64,000 nt of DNA. Origin: Octopus sinensis. Taxonomy: Eukaryota. Of the stretch, positions 1-12,856 are shown piece after piece; position 1 is the stretch's first letter, and the number at the start of each line of letters is the position of its first letter. The stretch is taken from contig NC_043009.1 of NCBI RefSeq assembly GCF_006345805.1, forward strand, positions 49,042,001 through 49,106,000. The letters are read 5' to 3'. The notes under the pieces were generated by a model. The model searched no databases, was not told the DNA's origin, and worked only from the letters and a program-made list of their open reading frames with translations. Both the position numbers and the translations under genes were made by a program.

Positions 1-120
1 GATGCTCTACCGACTCAATCAATCACCGCGTTTATCTTATTCGCATTTAATAATCCTTTCAACTATAAGCAGAAGGCTTGAAATGTTATGGCAAGTGGAG
101 TCTTGCTGGGGCTTTTTTTC

Positions 121-247
121 TATCGATCTCGAGAAAACGAAAGGCAAAGTCGATCGTGACGGAATTTCAAATCACAACGTTAAGATGGACTGAATGGCAC
201 TAAGTATTTTGTCCGACGCACTATCGATTCTGCCAGCTCGCTGCCTT
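121..247 (-). mobile_element. tRNA-derived SINE, family A (degenerate copy)
   Basis: Reverse complement matches the family seen about 20 times in the window: AAGGCRGCGAGCTGGCAGAA head, GAGTTCAAATTCC B-box-like motif, GTCGACTTTGCCTTTCATCC body. Confidence 0.75.
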
Positions 248-1959
248 ACTCATAATAAATAACATAAATAACGATTTCTTATATTGGTACCAGATTAAAA
301 AGTTGTTCAATGCGGATTGCGGATGTTGTGTCGACCCCCATGTCCTCTGTACACGCCTGGTATTTATTTAATTGATTCCAGAGGAATGAAAGTCAAAGGT
401 TCAACCATGGAGATATTTAAACACTGAACGTAGATAGAATATGAGTTAAATAGTGAAAACGTATTAAGTGTGACACACCTTCACTACATTCGATCAGTTT
501 ATTAATAGACAGATGATTCTACTAAAGTATTGATCAATGTTTCACTTCCTTCTGATAAGCTTCGCTGTAATTACACCGAGAGCCACTGATTAAAGATTGC
601 CAGATGTTTACTCTTACTTAAAGATTTCTATGTCTTATTCTTTTCAATTTATCATCTCCCACCCCTCCTATCCCTCTTTCTCTCTCTCCATCCCATCTCT
701 CTATATATATTTCACTGTTTCTCTCATTCCTTACCATCACGCTCCATTATACCTCATCTTATCGTAGCTTCTTTTCTCATTTTCTGTTTCACTCTCTCAC
801 AAACTAACACTTTCACATTTATTTTCTCTCTTTATAAAAGAGAATAAGAAATTTTTTTTTTCAGTTCTCGGAGCTACAAACTTAAACGAGTTTCTCTGCC
901 GCGCACACTGGTAATTCTATCTCTCTTTCCTTCTCCGCACCCCCTCTCTCTCTCTCTTTCCTCTAATGAGTTTTTAGTTCTCTCACGAATGAACTGAAGA
1001 GCCAGCACACACCTCCTCATAGAAATAACAGTCGCACCTTTCTAAAAAGCTAGACTATTGTGTTATCAGTGAAGAACACATAGATATTGCAACCATTATC
1101 AGACTTTGACTTAACTTCAATGGCATGTTCAACGACTGAACACTATTGATGTTATTTCTGCGTCAAACAGGATAGTTGTCTCGGTTTACAACAACAATAA
1201 TAATACTTTCTTTCCCTCGATTTGAAATTCAAACGCATGCACATTGCAAACTTATATATAAATATATATGAATATGTGTGGGGTGAGTTTGTGTGTGTGT
1301 ATGCATAACGAAGTCAAATCGATTAATAATATTTTGAATGTATTTAATACGTGTGTTTCAGATAATTACGCACTAAATTAAAAGGGAATTTAATCTCTTA
1401 CGCGAAATCTTCCTCAGTTAAGACATATCAAAATATGAGCCAATTGATGGAATTTACACTTTATATATGGTCGGAGCAGTTTATGTCATCTACTAGTTGA
1501 AGAGAGGAAGCTGTCAGAAGGGTTATAATACATAGAGAGTTTGGAATGGAAGAGAGTGGGAGAGAGGAGAGGAGTGAGAGAGAGAGAGAGAGAACAGGGA
1601 GAAAAGGGCTTTGTAGAGCCGGTAAGAAGGTAGAAGAAAGATGAGGGAGAAAGAACTATAGAAAAGAGAAAGGGGTCAACTAGATATATGAATAAATAAA
1701 TAACAAAATATAACAAAGAACATATAACTGAATGCAAAGAATTAATAATAATAATAATAATAATAACAATAATAATAATAATAATAATAATTGGCTTTCA
1801 TGCCATAAATACCAATATGAAATAACAAAGAACTGGTATGAGCATGTACCAAATAAAGTTATGTAGAGGGGTGGAAAAGTAACGATGCTCTGGAACTATG
1901 GTTTTCAGATGGATTGATTAATCGAAAACTCTCTCTCCCTCTCTTGTTCTTCATCCTTT

Positions 1960-2640
1960 CTAGTTTTCTCTCCCACCCTTCCATATTCTTCTCCTCACCC
2001 TTTCACCGCTCCCTCTCTCTTACTCCTCCTCCTCCCTCTCGTCATTGAAACGTGACCAGAGGGAAGCCTTCTTTCCGACTGCTACCTTCAATGAGTCAAC
2101 ACGGTTTATCTTGTCCCTCCCATAAGCTGTCTTCTCAATGCGTTCAAAATAATTTTTCCATCGTCTCGGCTTAATGGCCCTCATCGTTTGTTTTTACTGT
2201 GTTATTCTCCTTGTCCTGTCTTATACTGTTTTTATTTGTATTGTTTTTACTGCCCTGTTCTTGTTACCACTTTTACCCCTCCGCAAAAAATCCCAAATTT
2301 CATTTAATTTGTTTTGCGGGAAGGACTGTTTCAACCAAGTCGCGTCTTGTCCTTACCTTCGTAACGCGGAGTAGACGAAACAGGGACAACTGAAGAAGGG
2401 GAATATTCCTTGTGTTGTATGTCTTGCACTCTGTTTTTTCGTTGTTTGAAAAAAGTCCGTTTCCATGTTTTTGTTTTTATGTTTTCGTTTTCCATTGTGT
2501 TCAACGTGTTTTTGGTGTCCTGTACCCATATATGCATGTATATATACATATAGATGTATGTATGTACATATATGTATGTATATATGCATATGTTCATATA
2601 TTATTTTCTTATTATATATATTTATATATATATACACACG
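1960..2640 (+). mobile_element. Non-coding interspersed element, ~850-bp family (Penelope-like derivative suspected)
   Basis: Shares the GAAGG..CCTT stem, CTGAAGAAGGGG and the GTCCTGTACCCATATATGCATG end with copies at 9030-9720, 30270-30850, 36095-36270 and 47850-48957. Boundaries approximate. Confidence 0.6.
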
Positions 2641-2742
2641 AGTGAGTAAACAAAGGAAAGGAGGGCGTGAGTAAACAAACGAAAGAAAGGTGTTCTACAC
2701 ATTTATTGTGTGGATCAAAACAGTTTGATTCAAACTCCTTAT

Positions 2743-2940
2743 AAATTAGCCTCGACGAGAACAGTCCCACCAGCATCTATCTGATGTGGCTTGTTTAGTT
2801 TTCCTAAAACAGCCAGCTATAAAAAAGGGCCACAGTTTCTGAGATGGTACCCATTATTGGACTGTCTGAAAGTGTTGTTATCTTTGTTGTTTTTCCAGTT
2901 GATATTGCTTGCATTGTTTTCTATTTGTTTATTTTTTGTT
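2743..2940 (+). repeat. ~200-bp dispersed or locally duplicated repeat, copy 1 (copy 2 at 4467-4670)
   Basis: AAATTAGCC(T/C)CGACGAGA..CCACCAGCATCT..CTGATGTGGCTTGTTT..CCTAAAACAGCCAGCTAT..CACAGTTTCTGAGATGGTACC occurs at both sites. Confidence 0.8.
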
Positions 2941-3633
2941 TTTTGGTAATCCATCCATATATACATATATAAATCATAAAAGCATTATGACATCACTTTT
3001 GACAAGCATTACACCCGAAAAAGGTTAAAGGAGTCGTATATATTCACAAGAATTCCATCTGTCTTCAGTTTGTGTCCAAGGACCGGAATTATAGGACACT
3101 CCAGTTTACTCACAAAGACCTCTTCAAGAACTGGAACTATATAACAAGAAAGACTATGGTGGCTTATCTCAATTCTCTCTCTTCTTACTTATCCAAGTTA
3201 CTTTCACGGGTGACCCAGACCAAATCGCAGCCTCCTGTCCTATTATTTCACTCTCCACTTACATTTTTACACTATACCTGCAAGTAAACAAACGTCGTAA
3301 AATCGGTATCATTTCCATTACCTTTTTTTCTTCTAGAAAGAGAACTTATTAAGTGTCCGTCTTTTTACGGGGGATATAACTAGAACCGTTATGTCCCATT
3401 CTTTTCCTTTCGCTTGGTGTATATATTTTCAATGCACTCAATTATTTTTATTGTCAACATCTTTTGATAGTCATTGTTTACATTTGGGTTTATACGCTGT
3501 CCCACCACCTGCTTGACGTGTCTAACTTCATCCTCAATTGTTATTTGTTTCTCTTCACCTTTACCTCATGATTTTCGTATCGCTTGTATTATATACTTAT
3601 ACACGCATGTATGCATGAACGTACAAATGGTTA

Positions 3634-3680
3634 AATAGGTAGACAGACAGACAGACAGACAGACAGGCAGACAGACAGAC

Positions 3681-3733
<53 letters not shown>

Positions 3734-3853
3734 TAGATAGATAGATAGATAGACAGCTAGATAGACAGATATGCTTGGCTTGTGTGTGTAGAAATATGTT
3801 TGTGTCAGTTATGTATGTACATGTATATATATATATATATAGATATATATATA

Positions 3854-3914
<61 letters not shown>

Positions 3915-4091
3915 TGAATAGATACGTATATACTATCTATATTTATTGTGTATGTATAAGTATACATATAGATAAATATATAGTTAGGTAGAGAGCCGGA
4001 CATAAGTAGATAGACAGACGGACAGACAGCTAGTTAGATAGATAGACAAATAGATAGACAGATAGACAGACAAACAGACAAACAGACATAC

Positions 4092-4162
<71 letters not shown>

Positions 4163-4183
4163 TAGATAGATAGATAGATAGAT

Positions 4184-4245
<62 letters not shown>
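3634..4245 (+). repeat. Compound microsatellite block (GACA)n/(GATA)n/(TA)n
   Basis: Directly visible tetranucleotide and dinucleotide tracts. Confidence 0.95.
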
Positions 4246-4247
<2 letters not shown>

Positions 4248-4466
4248 CTACACAGCCAGATATATAAATATATAGCTAGATGTCGCTGTAATTTTATACA
4301 TACATACATAAATATTTCTGTCTTCGTTTGCCATATAAACTACAGTTTCTCTCGTTACTGTAATCCGCAAGTCAGATTTTGATTTTTACAGGTTGGTTTT
4401 AGTTACGAGTCGTTCGGATAATGGAAAGGAACGAATATATTTTATATTTTATTTTTGTAAACGCTG

Positions 4467-4670
4467 TAAATTAGCCCCGACGAGAGCAGTACCACCAGCA
4501 TCTCTCTGATGTGGCTTGTTTGGGTGTCCTAAAACAGCCAGCTATTAAAGTGTCACAGTTTCTGAGATGGTACCTATTATTGGACTATCTGTCTGAAATT
4601 GTTGTTATTTTTGCTTTTTTTCCTGTTGATATTCTTTGCATTGTTTTCTATTTTATTATTTTTTTTTTGG
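4467..4670 (+). repeat. ~200-bp repeat, copy 2 (copy 1 at 2743-2940)
   Basis: Alignable by eye to 2743-2940 with scattered substitutions. Confidence 0.8.
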
Positions 4671-4720
4671 TATAATAGATTATCTTTCGTTCAAGTATAC
4701 AATCATATATGTATATATAT

Positions 4721-4824
4721 ATACACACATGCATGCATACCTATGTATATATATATATATATGCATATATATAATGTGTATTTATGTGTATAAACGAATA
4801 GCTGCATATAAAGACATAGCCAGC

Positions 4825-4891
<67 letters not shown>

Positions 4892-5366
4892 CTAGATAGA
4901 TAGACGTATATATTCATATACATATATATATATAACAATACTTTATACATTCATACACACACATTCATGTACATACGTACATAAATAGATACGTCCGTAA
5001 TTACAAGCATACACAATGCATACACAGACTCGTAGAGGACAATTATGGGATGTTATTTTTTGACATTTAGGACATGAATTTAGATAAGTCTTGTTTTATT
5101 TCGTTTTCCATTTTTATTGTTAATAACATCAAAACACAAATCCTTTAGTACCCCTTGTTACAAAATCTTCGTTTGCCAATGCCATTATTGCCCATATTTA
5201 CATTCTTTGCCATTGTAATATTTATCACTTTGACAGAATTCCTACAGTCTACGACAAAACAATATCCGCTTGTTTTTAACTTAGTTAAGTAGTTTGCCGT
5301 TCTTGTTCTAATATTAGCATCGCAGCCGAATATTACTCTTACTCTTTTGAGATAGAGATAAAATGC

Positions 5367-5434
<68 letters not shown>

Positions 5435-5552
5435 CACACATGCATGCATACCTATGTATATATATATATATATGCATATATATAATGTGTATTTATGTGT
5501 ATAAACGAATAGCTGCATATAAAGACATAGCCAGCTAGATAGATAGATAGAT

Positions 5553-5622
<70 letters not shown>

Positions 5623-6083
5623 CGTATATATTCATATACATATATATATAACAATACTTTATACATTCATACACACACATTCATGTACATACGTACATAA
5701 ATAGATACGTCCGTAATTACAAGCATACACACATGCATACACAGACTCGTAGAGGACAATTATGGGATGTTATTTTTTGACATTTAGGACATGAATTTAG
5801 ATAAGTCTTGTTTTATTTCGTTTTCCATTTTTATTGTTAATAACATCAAAACACAAATCCTTTAGTACCCCTTGTTACAAAATCTTCGTTTGCCAATGCC
5901 ATTATTGCCCATATTTACATTCTTTGCCATTGTAATATTTATCACTTTGACAGAATTCCTACAGTCTACGACAAAACAATATCCGCTTGTTTTTAACTTA
6001 GTTAAGTAGTTTGCCGTTCTTGTTCTAATATTAGCATCGCAGCCGAATATTACTCTTACTCTTTTGAGATAGAGATAAAATGC

Positions 6084-6128
<45 letters not shown>
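4721..6128 (+). repeat. Near-identical tandem duplication, unit ~711 bp
   Basis: ATACACACATGCATGCATACC starts at 4721 and 5432. Unique parts are essentially identical and the microsatellite lengths differ. Confidence 0.93.
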
Positions 6129-6141
<13 letters not shown>

Positions 6142-6144
6142 ATA

Positions 6145-6471
6145 AAGGAGCACTCCGTCGGTTACGACGATGAGGGTCCCAGCTGATACGATCAACGGAA
6201 CAGCCTGCTCATGAAATTAACGTGCAAGTGACTGAGCAATCCACAGACACGTGTACCACTAACGTAGTTCTCAGGGAGATTCAGCGTGACACAAAGTGTG
6301 ACAAGGATGGCCCTTTGAAATACAGGTACAACTCATTTTTGCCAGCTGAGTGAACTGGAGCAACGTGAAATAAAGTGTCTTGCTCAAGGACACAACGCGT
6401 CGCCGGGAATCGAACTCACGACCTTATAATCGTGAGCCGAATACCCTAACCACTAAACCACGCGCCTTCAC
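6145..6471 (-). mobile_element. tRNA-derived SINE, family C (full length)
   Basis: Minus strand begins GTGAAGGCGCGTGGTTTAGTGGTTAGGG..GAGTTCGATTCCC (A/B boxes) followed by TGTGTCCTTGAGCAAGACACTTTA. Homologue at 28017-28315. Confidence 0.85.
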
Positions 6472-6820
6472 TGTATGTATATATATGCGTATGCGTGCCT
6501 GTGTGCGCGTGGTATCTATCTATATATCTATATCAATACACACACACACACGCAGGTATGCACGTACGTACTCGCACACTCATGTATATACATGCATATA
6601 GACACACATGAATATGCATAGTCATTTACGTATATATGCATACATACATAGATACATAGAGTTAATCCAAACATAAAAGCACAAAAAAAAACACAACAAC
6701 GCGAGGACGTGGAACAAATATAGTATTATTGGACGCTCAGTAAAGAGCGAAATGTAAAGATTCTCTAACAAGATTAAAAATTTGCATTTATACCTTTAAT
6801 TATTGCTCTAAATAGGTATC

Positions 6821-7246
6821 TTCTTTTCTACTCTAGGCACAAAGCCCGAAATTTTGGGGGAGTGGCCATCGATTAGATCGCCCTCAGTATGCAAATGGTA
6901 CTTAATCTAGCGATCCCGAATGGATAAAAGGCAAAGTAGACCTCGGCGAAATTTGAACTCAGAACACAAAGACAGACGGAATACAGCTAAGCATTTCACC
7001 CGGTGGGCTAACGTTATTGCCAGCTCGCCGCCTTATGTATTCTTTCCTACTCTAGGCACAAGGCCTAAAATTTTGGGGCAGCGGCCATCGATTAGATCGA
7101 CCTCAGTACGCAAATGGTACTTAATTTATCGATCCCGAAAGGATGAAAAGCAAAGTCGACCTCGGCAAAATTTCAACTTAGAACGAAAAGACAGACGAAA
7201 TACCGCTAAGCAGATCGCCCGGCGTGCTTAACTTTTCTGCCGCCTT
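6821..7246 (-). mobile_element. Two head-to-tail family A SINEs (6821-7034, 7040-7246)
   Basis: Each has its own GGCGGC(GAGCT) head and a GTGCCTAGAGTAG tail. Confidence 0.88.
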
Positions 7247-7859
7247 TCTACATAGGTATGTTACGAAATGTTTAAAAGAGATAACCTTGGATCAGCAGTG
7301 ATTTAATAAAAAGGAAGTCGCCAGCTAAAACACAATTCGCAAATGTAATATGTAACCAGAAAAGAAAAATTTGGTTAGAATTTTGCAAAATTCAATGTGG
7401 AGCACTTCATCATTTTGTTGTCTAAATTCAAGAAAGAGAACCTTTTGTTCCTTTGTTAGAAAGAAGTGGTTTCTTTCTATAGAGGATGACTTCAAATAAT
7501 ATAAAAAGAAAAGTAACAACACATGCGTGTATCCATGTCGACATACGGAAATGTAAAAATAGATAAATATATTCAAAAATTATACACACATACAAGGATG
7601 GAGGCTATTATATGTACACACACACACACACACACGCACTTTCTCTTTCTCTTTCTCTATGTCTTTCTTTTCTCTTTCTCTATGTCTTTCTTTTCTCTCT
7701 CTCTCTCTTTCAAACACAGAGACAGAGAAAGAAAGAGAATGCGGATACATATATATCCGCTTCAAATATTTATATACATATGGATATATATATATATATA
7801 TATGGTGTAATACATACACGAAACATATGTCTAGATGCAGATTGTAAATATGCATACGT

Positions 7860-7921
<62 letters not shown>

Positions 7922-8446
7922 AAACATATATATTTGTATGTAAGTATGTATGTATATATGTATGTATAGATGGATGAATGGATTTATATTAGTATGTAGA
8001 TATGTCAACATTTCAGAAGTAACTAAAAGAAACTTCATTTTAAGATCATCTTAAAATAGCATTATTATTTTTTCTTCCTATCTTCTGAAAGAATAAATAC
8101 TTCCTACATTTGTGGTCTATTCAACAAATGCTGGCATTGTGCATACCTCACAGAACTGTTGTCCAATGGCAAACATCCAAAGATTTCCTGAGTTTCTTTT
8201 ATTTTGAAATTATTTTGGCTTTTTTTAAAAATTTTATTTTCATTTTATTTTATGTTTTTTGTTCCTCAAATATCTTTTATTCTATTCTTTTCCACTGTTA
8301 TCACTGAACTTCTTATTGCCAAATCAACTCACTCTGAAATAAAAGAATATTCTGATCACAAGATCACATAAGCACACACTCTCACATATACATACATACA
8401 TACATACATACAGATACATGAATAAATATATACTATGAATATATAT

Positions 8447-8492
<46 letters not shown>

Positions 8493-9029
8493 ATATATAT
8501 TATATTATATATATATAGTTTTCTGCGTATGCTAGTTTATGTGTGTGTCTCTGATGATCATGTTCATAGAGAGAAACAAAGATAGAATGAAAATTATAAC
8601 AAAAAATCCAGTATATTGTATGATAGTATAACTATATATTTATTAATACACACATAATTTGAAAGTATATACATACATATATATATATATTATATATTTT
8701 GGAATAAAATCGAAGACTACATCCTAAGGTTTCGGTACCAATTTATTCCCAATTTTTGCCTCCAGAATCTTGAGATACATTCACGAAATTTTATTCTTTA
8801 GGACGCCTATGTGCGTATACATAACATACACACGATCACGCGCTTTATAAAGGATACCTCCTGAGGTTTATTTTCCCTAAGCCATACTACTGATATAATG
8901 AGTGTCAGTATGTGACCATTATTTCTATACTTACTTACAGATAACGATATATATGAATATATAAGTTTGTATATATATACATATATATATATGTTATAAA
9001 ATAGAATATATGCATATATATAAACATAT

Positions 9030-9720
9030 GTACGTACCTACCTCTACATGTACATTACACGCATATATGGTACAGGACACCAAAAAGACGTCGAACACAT
9101 AGAGAGACGAAACACATAGACCAACCAAGGAACAAGACAAGCAAAAAAAGGGAGAGATACAGGACAATACACACGAAAAATCCCCTTCTTCAGTCGCTAA
9201 TATTCATCTACTAAACGTTCGAAGGATAAAAGCGAGACGTATACTTCGAAGAAAAATTCCTTCCCGCGAAAAGCAAATCAATTAAAATTCTGAGATCTTT
9301 TCGCAGAGGGGTAAAAAAAGCAAGACGGTAACGACAGTACAAACATATAACAGTAAAAAATATATATAAAACAGTGGAAAAATAAATATATAACAGTGAG
9401 AGACAAGACAAGGAGACAAATAAGAAGGGCTGTTAACGCCAGACGAAAAAAGTATTGTAAACGCTGGATTATAGTGGAGACAGAGAGGGAAATTTTGTCA
9501 ACCAGAAGCCTTGCAAGGCGGGCGAGAAAGGACAGGAAGCAGTTACGACGGAAGTATCGTCGCAGTGGATGACGGGAATGGGGGAGGAGGAGCAAGAGGA
9601 AGAGAGAGAAGAAGGGGAATGGTGCGAGGATACCATGAAGAATGGTGAAAGGAGAGAGAGAATGAAGAATGAGAGGAGAGGAAGAGACAAGTTAAGTGAG
9701 GAAAAAAAAGACGAAAAGGG
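9030..9720 (-). mobile_element. ~850-bp family element, inverted copy
   Basis: Reverse complement contains GAAGGA..TCCTTC-GAACGTT, CTGAAGAAGGGG and the GTCCTGTACCATATATGC end. Boundaries approximate. Confidence 0.6.
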
Positions 9721-9777
9721 AAGGGGAGAGAAAGAAGAAGATGCAGAGTCGCGTGATAGTTAATATCAAGGCTAACT

Positions 9778-9842
<65 letters not shown>

Positions 9843-10408
9843 CAGGTAGGACTACAATGTGCTCTTTCGAAGTGAATTTGATATATTTTAGCTTTTACCA
9901 ATTAGCTTAGTCATTAAATCTACCCGAAAACATGTCCTTTTATATTTATTTTACTTTTCTGTATTTGATCTTTTTCAAATTATCTCCCTTGCTTGTTCTT
10001 TTCAGGTTCTAAACATCCAGACCGGAAATCTATTTATTGTTACTGCACAGACAATCTCTGTTAATCAATTTTTTACCCCAACTTTGTATATGTTGCGTAA
10101 TACAAGCGATCTTACAGCCCTTTTTGTATGGGACCCAGAGCAACATCAGAAATGTGACAACCGCTGGAGAACAAAAGGCCTGGTGCAATTGCAGGCTGGT
10201 AATAATTCTCAAAGAAGTAGACTGAATCTGTATGAGATAATGTGGTTTACTCAGAAAGAAAGTACGCTCGCATGAACTTATGTTCACGAGTCTAACCATG
10301 TGGCTATGGGCATTTAAACTGCCATGTTAATACTTGTATGTAAAACCAAGGTGTATTTTCTACGTAGATACACTCTATTGAATAATAGGAAAACCCGAAA
10401 CATGTCGA

Positions 10409-11603
10409 CAGCGATGTGAAAGCTCTAGAAACTTTGCATCAGCACTAGATTAAGCTAACTGTAGAAATGCGAAATGAAGAGTCTTGGCCCATGGTCACAA
10501 CACCGCCTCGGCTTAAGAAACGAATCCATGAACTATTGTTTCCCAACATAAATGAGATAATTCCAAAATGTGGATGAATATATTCGTATGTTTCATTTCA
10601 CAATGAAGCCGTGTTGTTTGGTAATTCGGGTATTCGTGATTTCTGGTGATTCAGTTGTTAAGGAGAGAGTTTCGATTCTTTAACCGGAACTTGATTTCAC
10701 CTTGTTCCAAAATACTCAACCAAATCCGAGTATCTGTGACACATGGGAGTCAATATTGCAATGTGCTAGCATTCCTTCCAGGTAGGAATCTTGTACTTTC
10801 AGCCTAAAAAGCTTGAACATCTAGTCATAGCCAGGACTTATGTGGTTGTCGGACCGAAACAAATTTTAGTCATTACGTTATGATTGTAAAAGAGAGAGCC
10901 CTGTTGTGTTAAAGAATGGTCCATAAGATCTACACGTTCCAATGTAAATCAAAAGATTCAATTTCCAAGAGCGAAAGAACGAGAAAAAGTTGTTGGCTTA
11001 GTTATTAACAAGGTTCAGCTGTTGGTCGAATGGAAAACAACTGGTAAGTAGGGAGATCCTTTATCAAAACAATTAATCCTTAAAATTACAGCTGCAGGAC
11101 AAATCAGCTTGTCACTGAACATCTCCAGTAATTAATTATTCAACCCTTGTAGAAATTAAACATAAGTGAATTTTGTTTAAATTTCTCCGCGTTGGGTTAT
11201 TCTACTCTGTAATACTTCTGAGGCACACGTTTTTGTTCGACTATGCAAGGTGGAGAGTTCATATTAAATTGTCTTAAACTCAACGCTCCGTCATTGAGAA
11301 AATACGAAGTGTTGACCAGTGGAGCGGCGAACAGACAGCGCGTGCATTCATCCAATGTGGACTAATGTGGCACTGAGTCAAGAACAGTGACAGGAAATGT
11401 TCATCAACGCAAATAATTAATCAAAGTCATAATTGAAATATATCTACAAAAGTAATTAAGAAGTTATACAAAACACACTCAAATACAAATAGCTATATAC
11501 ACTCACACACACATACACTTACGCATGCACACACATATGCATAAATATATGTATGTATGTATGCATGCATGCATGTATGTATGTATGTATGTATGTATGT
11601 ATG

Positions 11604-11634
<31 letters not shown>

Positions 11635-12856
11635 TATTGAATATACTTATATTTGTGGGTGTGTCAGTGAGTGAGTGCAAGATATCAATTGTTTAAGAAC
11701 TTTGCAAATTCACTTTAATTATCACTTGATAGATACAATATACATAATATACATATACATAACGTATGCATGTATGTATATGCATTATACACACACAGAT
11801 ATATACACAGGTGTATATATATTTATGTATATATGTATATAAATATATAGATATATAGGTATAAATAGATAAATAGATAGGTACATAATATATATTGTGT
11901 AAATGTAATTTAAGTGCGCATACTTACATACATAAATACATATATACATAGATGCACACATATGTGTGTGTATGTAAGTATGTATATGTATATATATATA
12001 TGTTTGTGTGTGTATGGGGGTTTGTGAGTCTGTGTATAAATGTAAATGTAAGTATATATATATGTATATATGCGTATGTGTGTATGTCGACAACAACGAT
12101 ACTTGTGACACACTTAAAATAATGAATGAACTCGAGTAGCTAATTACATTGTCGAATCAAAGACAACAAACTAATTCCAATTTGGTGTTGATGAATATTG
12201 GGAGGTCAAACCAGGCTAATCATTTTGAAATGTCTTACCAATAATGAGATAAAGGATTGCCATCAAATCCTAGATAGATCTTATTTACTGTGTTTTGAAA
12301 CATGGCCACATTTGTAGGGAAACCTCTATGTAGTCTTACGTGCTGTCCGAAATAGCAGCAAACCTTTATAAATTTACTTCATTCCGTTCTAATGAAAATA
12401 TAAAAGACGCAATGGCTTGTTTTAGTCTTAGATACATGATGGCCGAAGGATGGTTAGCAAGGCTGAAGTAGATTTGTCTTTGATCACAGTTCTGCTCAGA
12501 TGAGGCTAACATCAGCTTTAAAACAACAATTTTAGGTTAAACACATTTGACTCATTACCCTACTTGCTAGAAATAACAATTAAATACCTGGACTCAATCA
12601 TACTTTATTGTCTGAAAACGTTCCATCAATTTACACGTAGTTATGAAATGTCTAAAATAGAATATGCTGTATGGTCATGGATGGATCGTTGACTAGACGT
12701 TGACTACACATTAAACGATGGCTTGATCCTAAGTTCATGGATTCGTTTCTTAAGCCGAGGCGGTGCTGTGACCATGGGCCAAGACTCTTCATTTCGCATT
12801 TCTACAGTTAGCTTAATCTAGTGCTGATGCAACTGTCTCTAGCTATCACATCGCTG
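10409..12856. repeat. Long-range inverted repeat: 101-bp arms 10434-10534 and 12732-12832, with a degenerate outer extension
   Basis: Arms are reverse complements with one mismatch (CACAACACCG vs CACAGCACCG). CAGCGATGTGA (10409-10419) pairs with TCACATCGCTG (12846-12856). Confidence 0.92.

Noticed and set aside
6380-6471. tRNA-like heads (also 32740-32810, 36700-36770, 58810-58892) as real tRNA genes
   Set aside because: They lack a complete acceptor stem and run directly into SINE bodies, two with TSDs.
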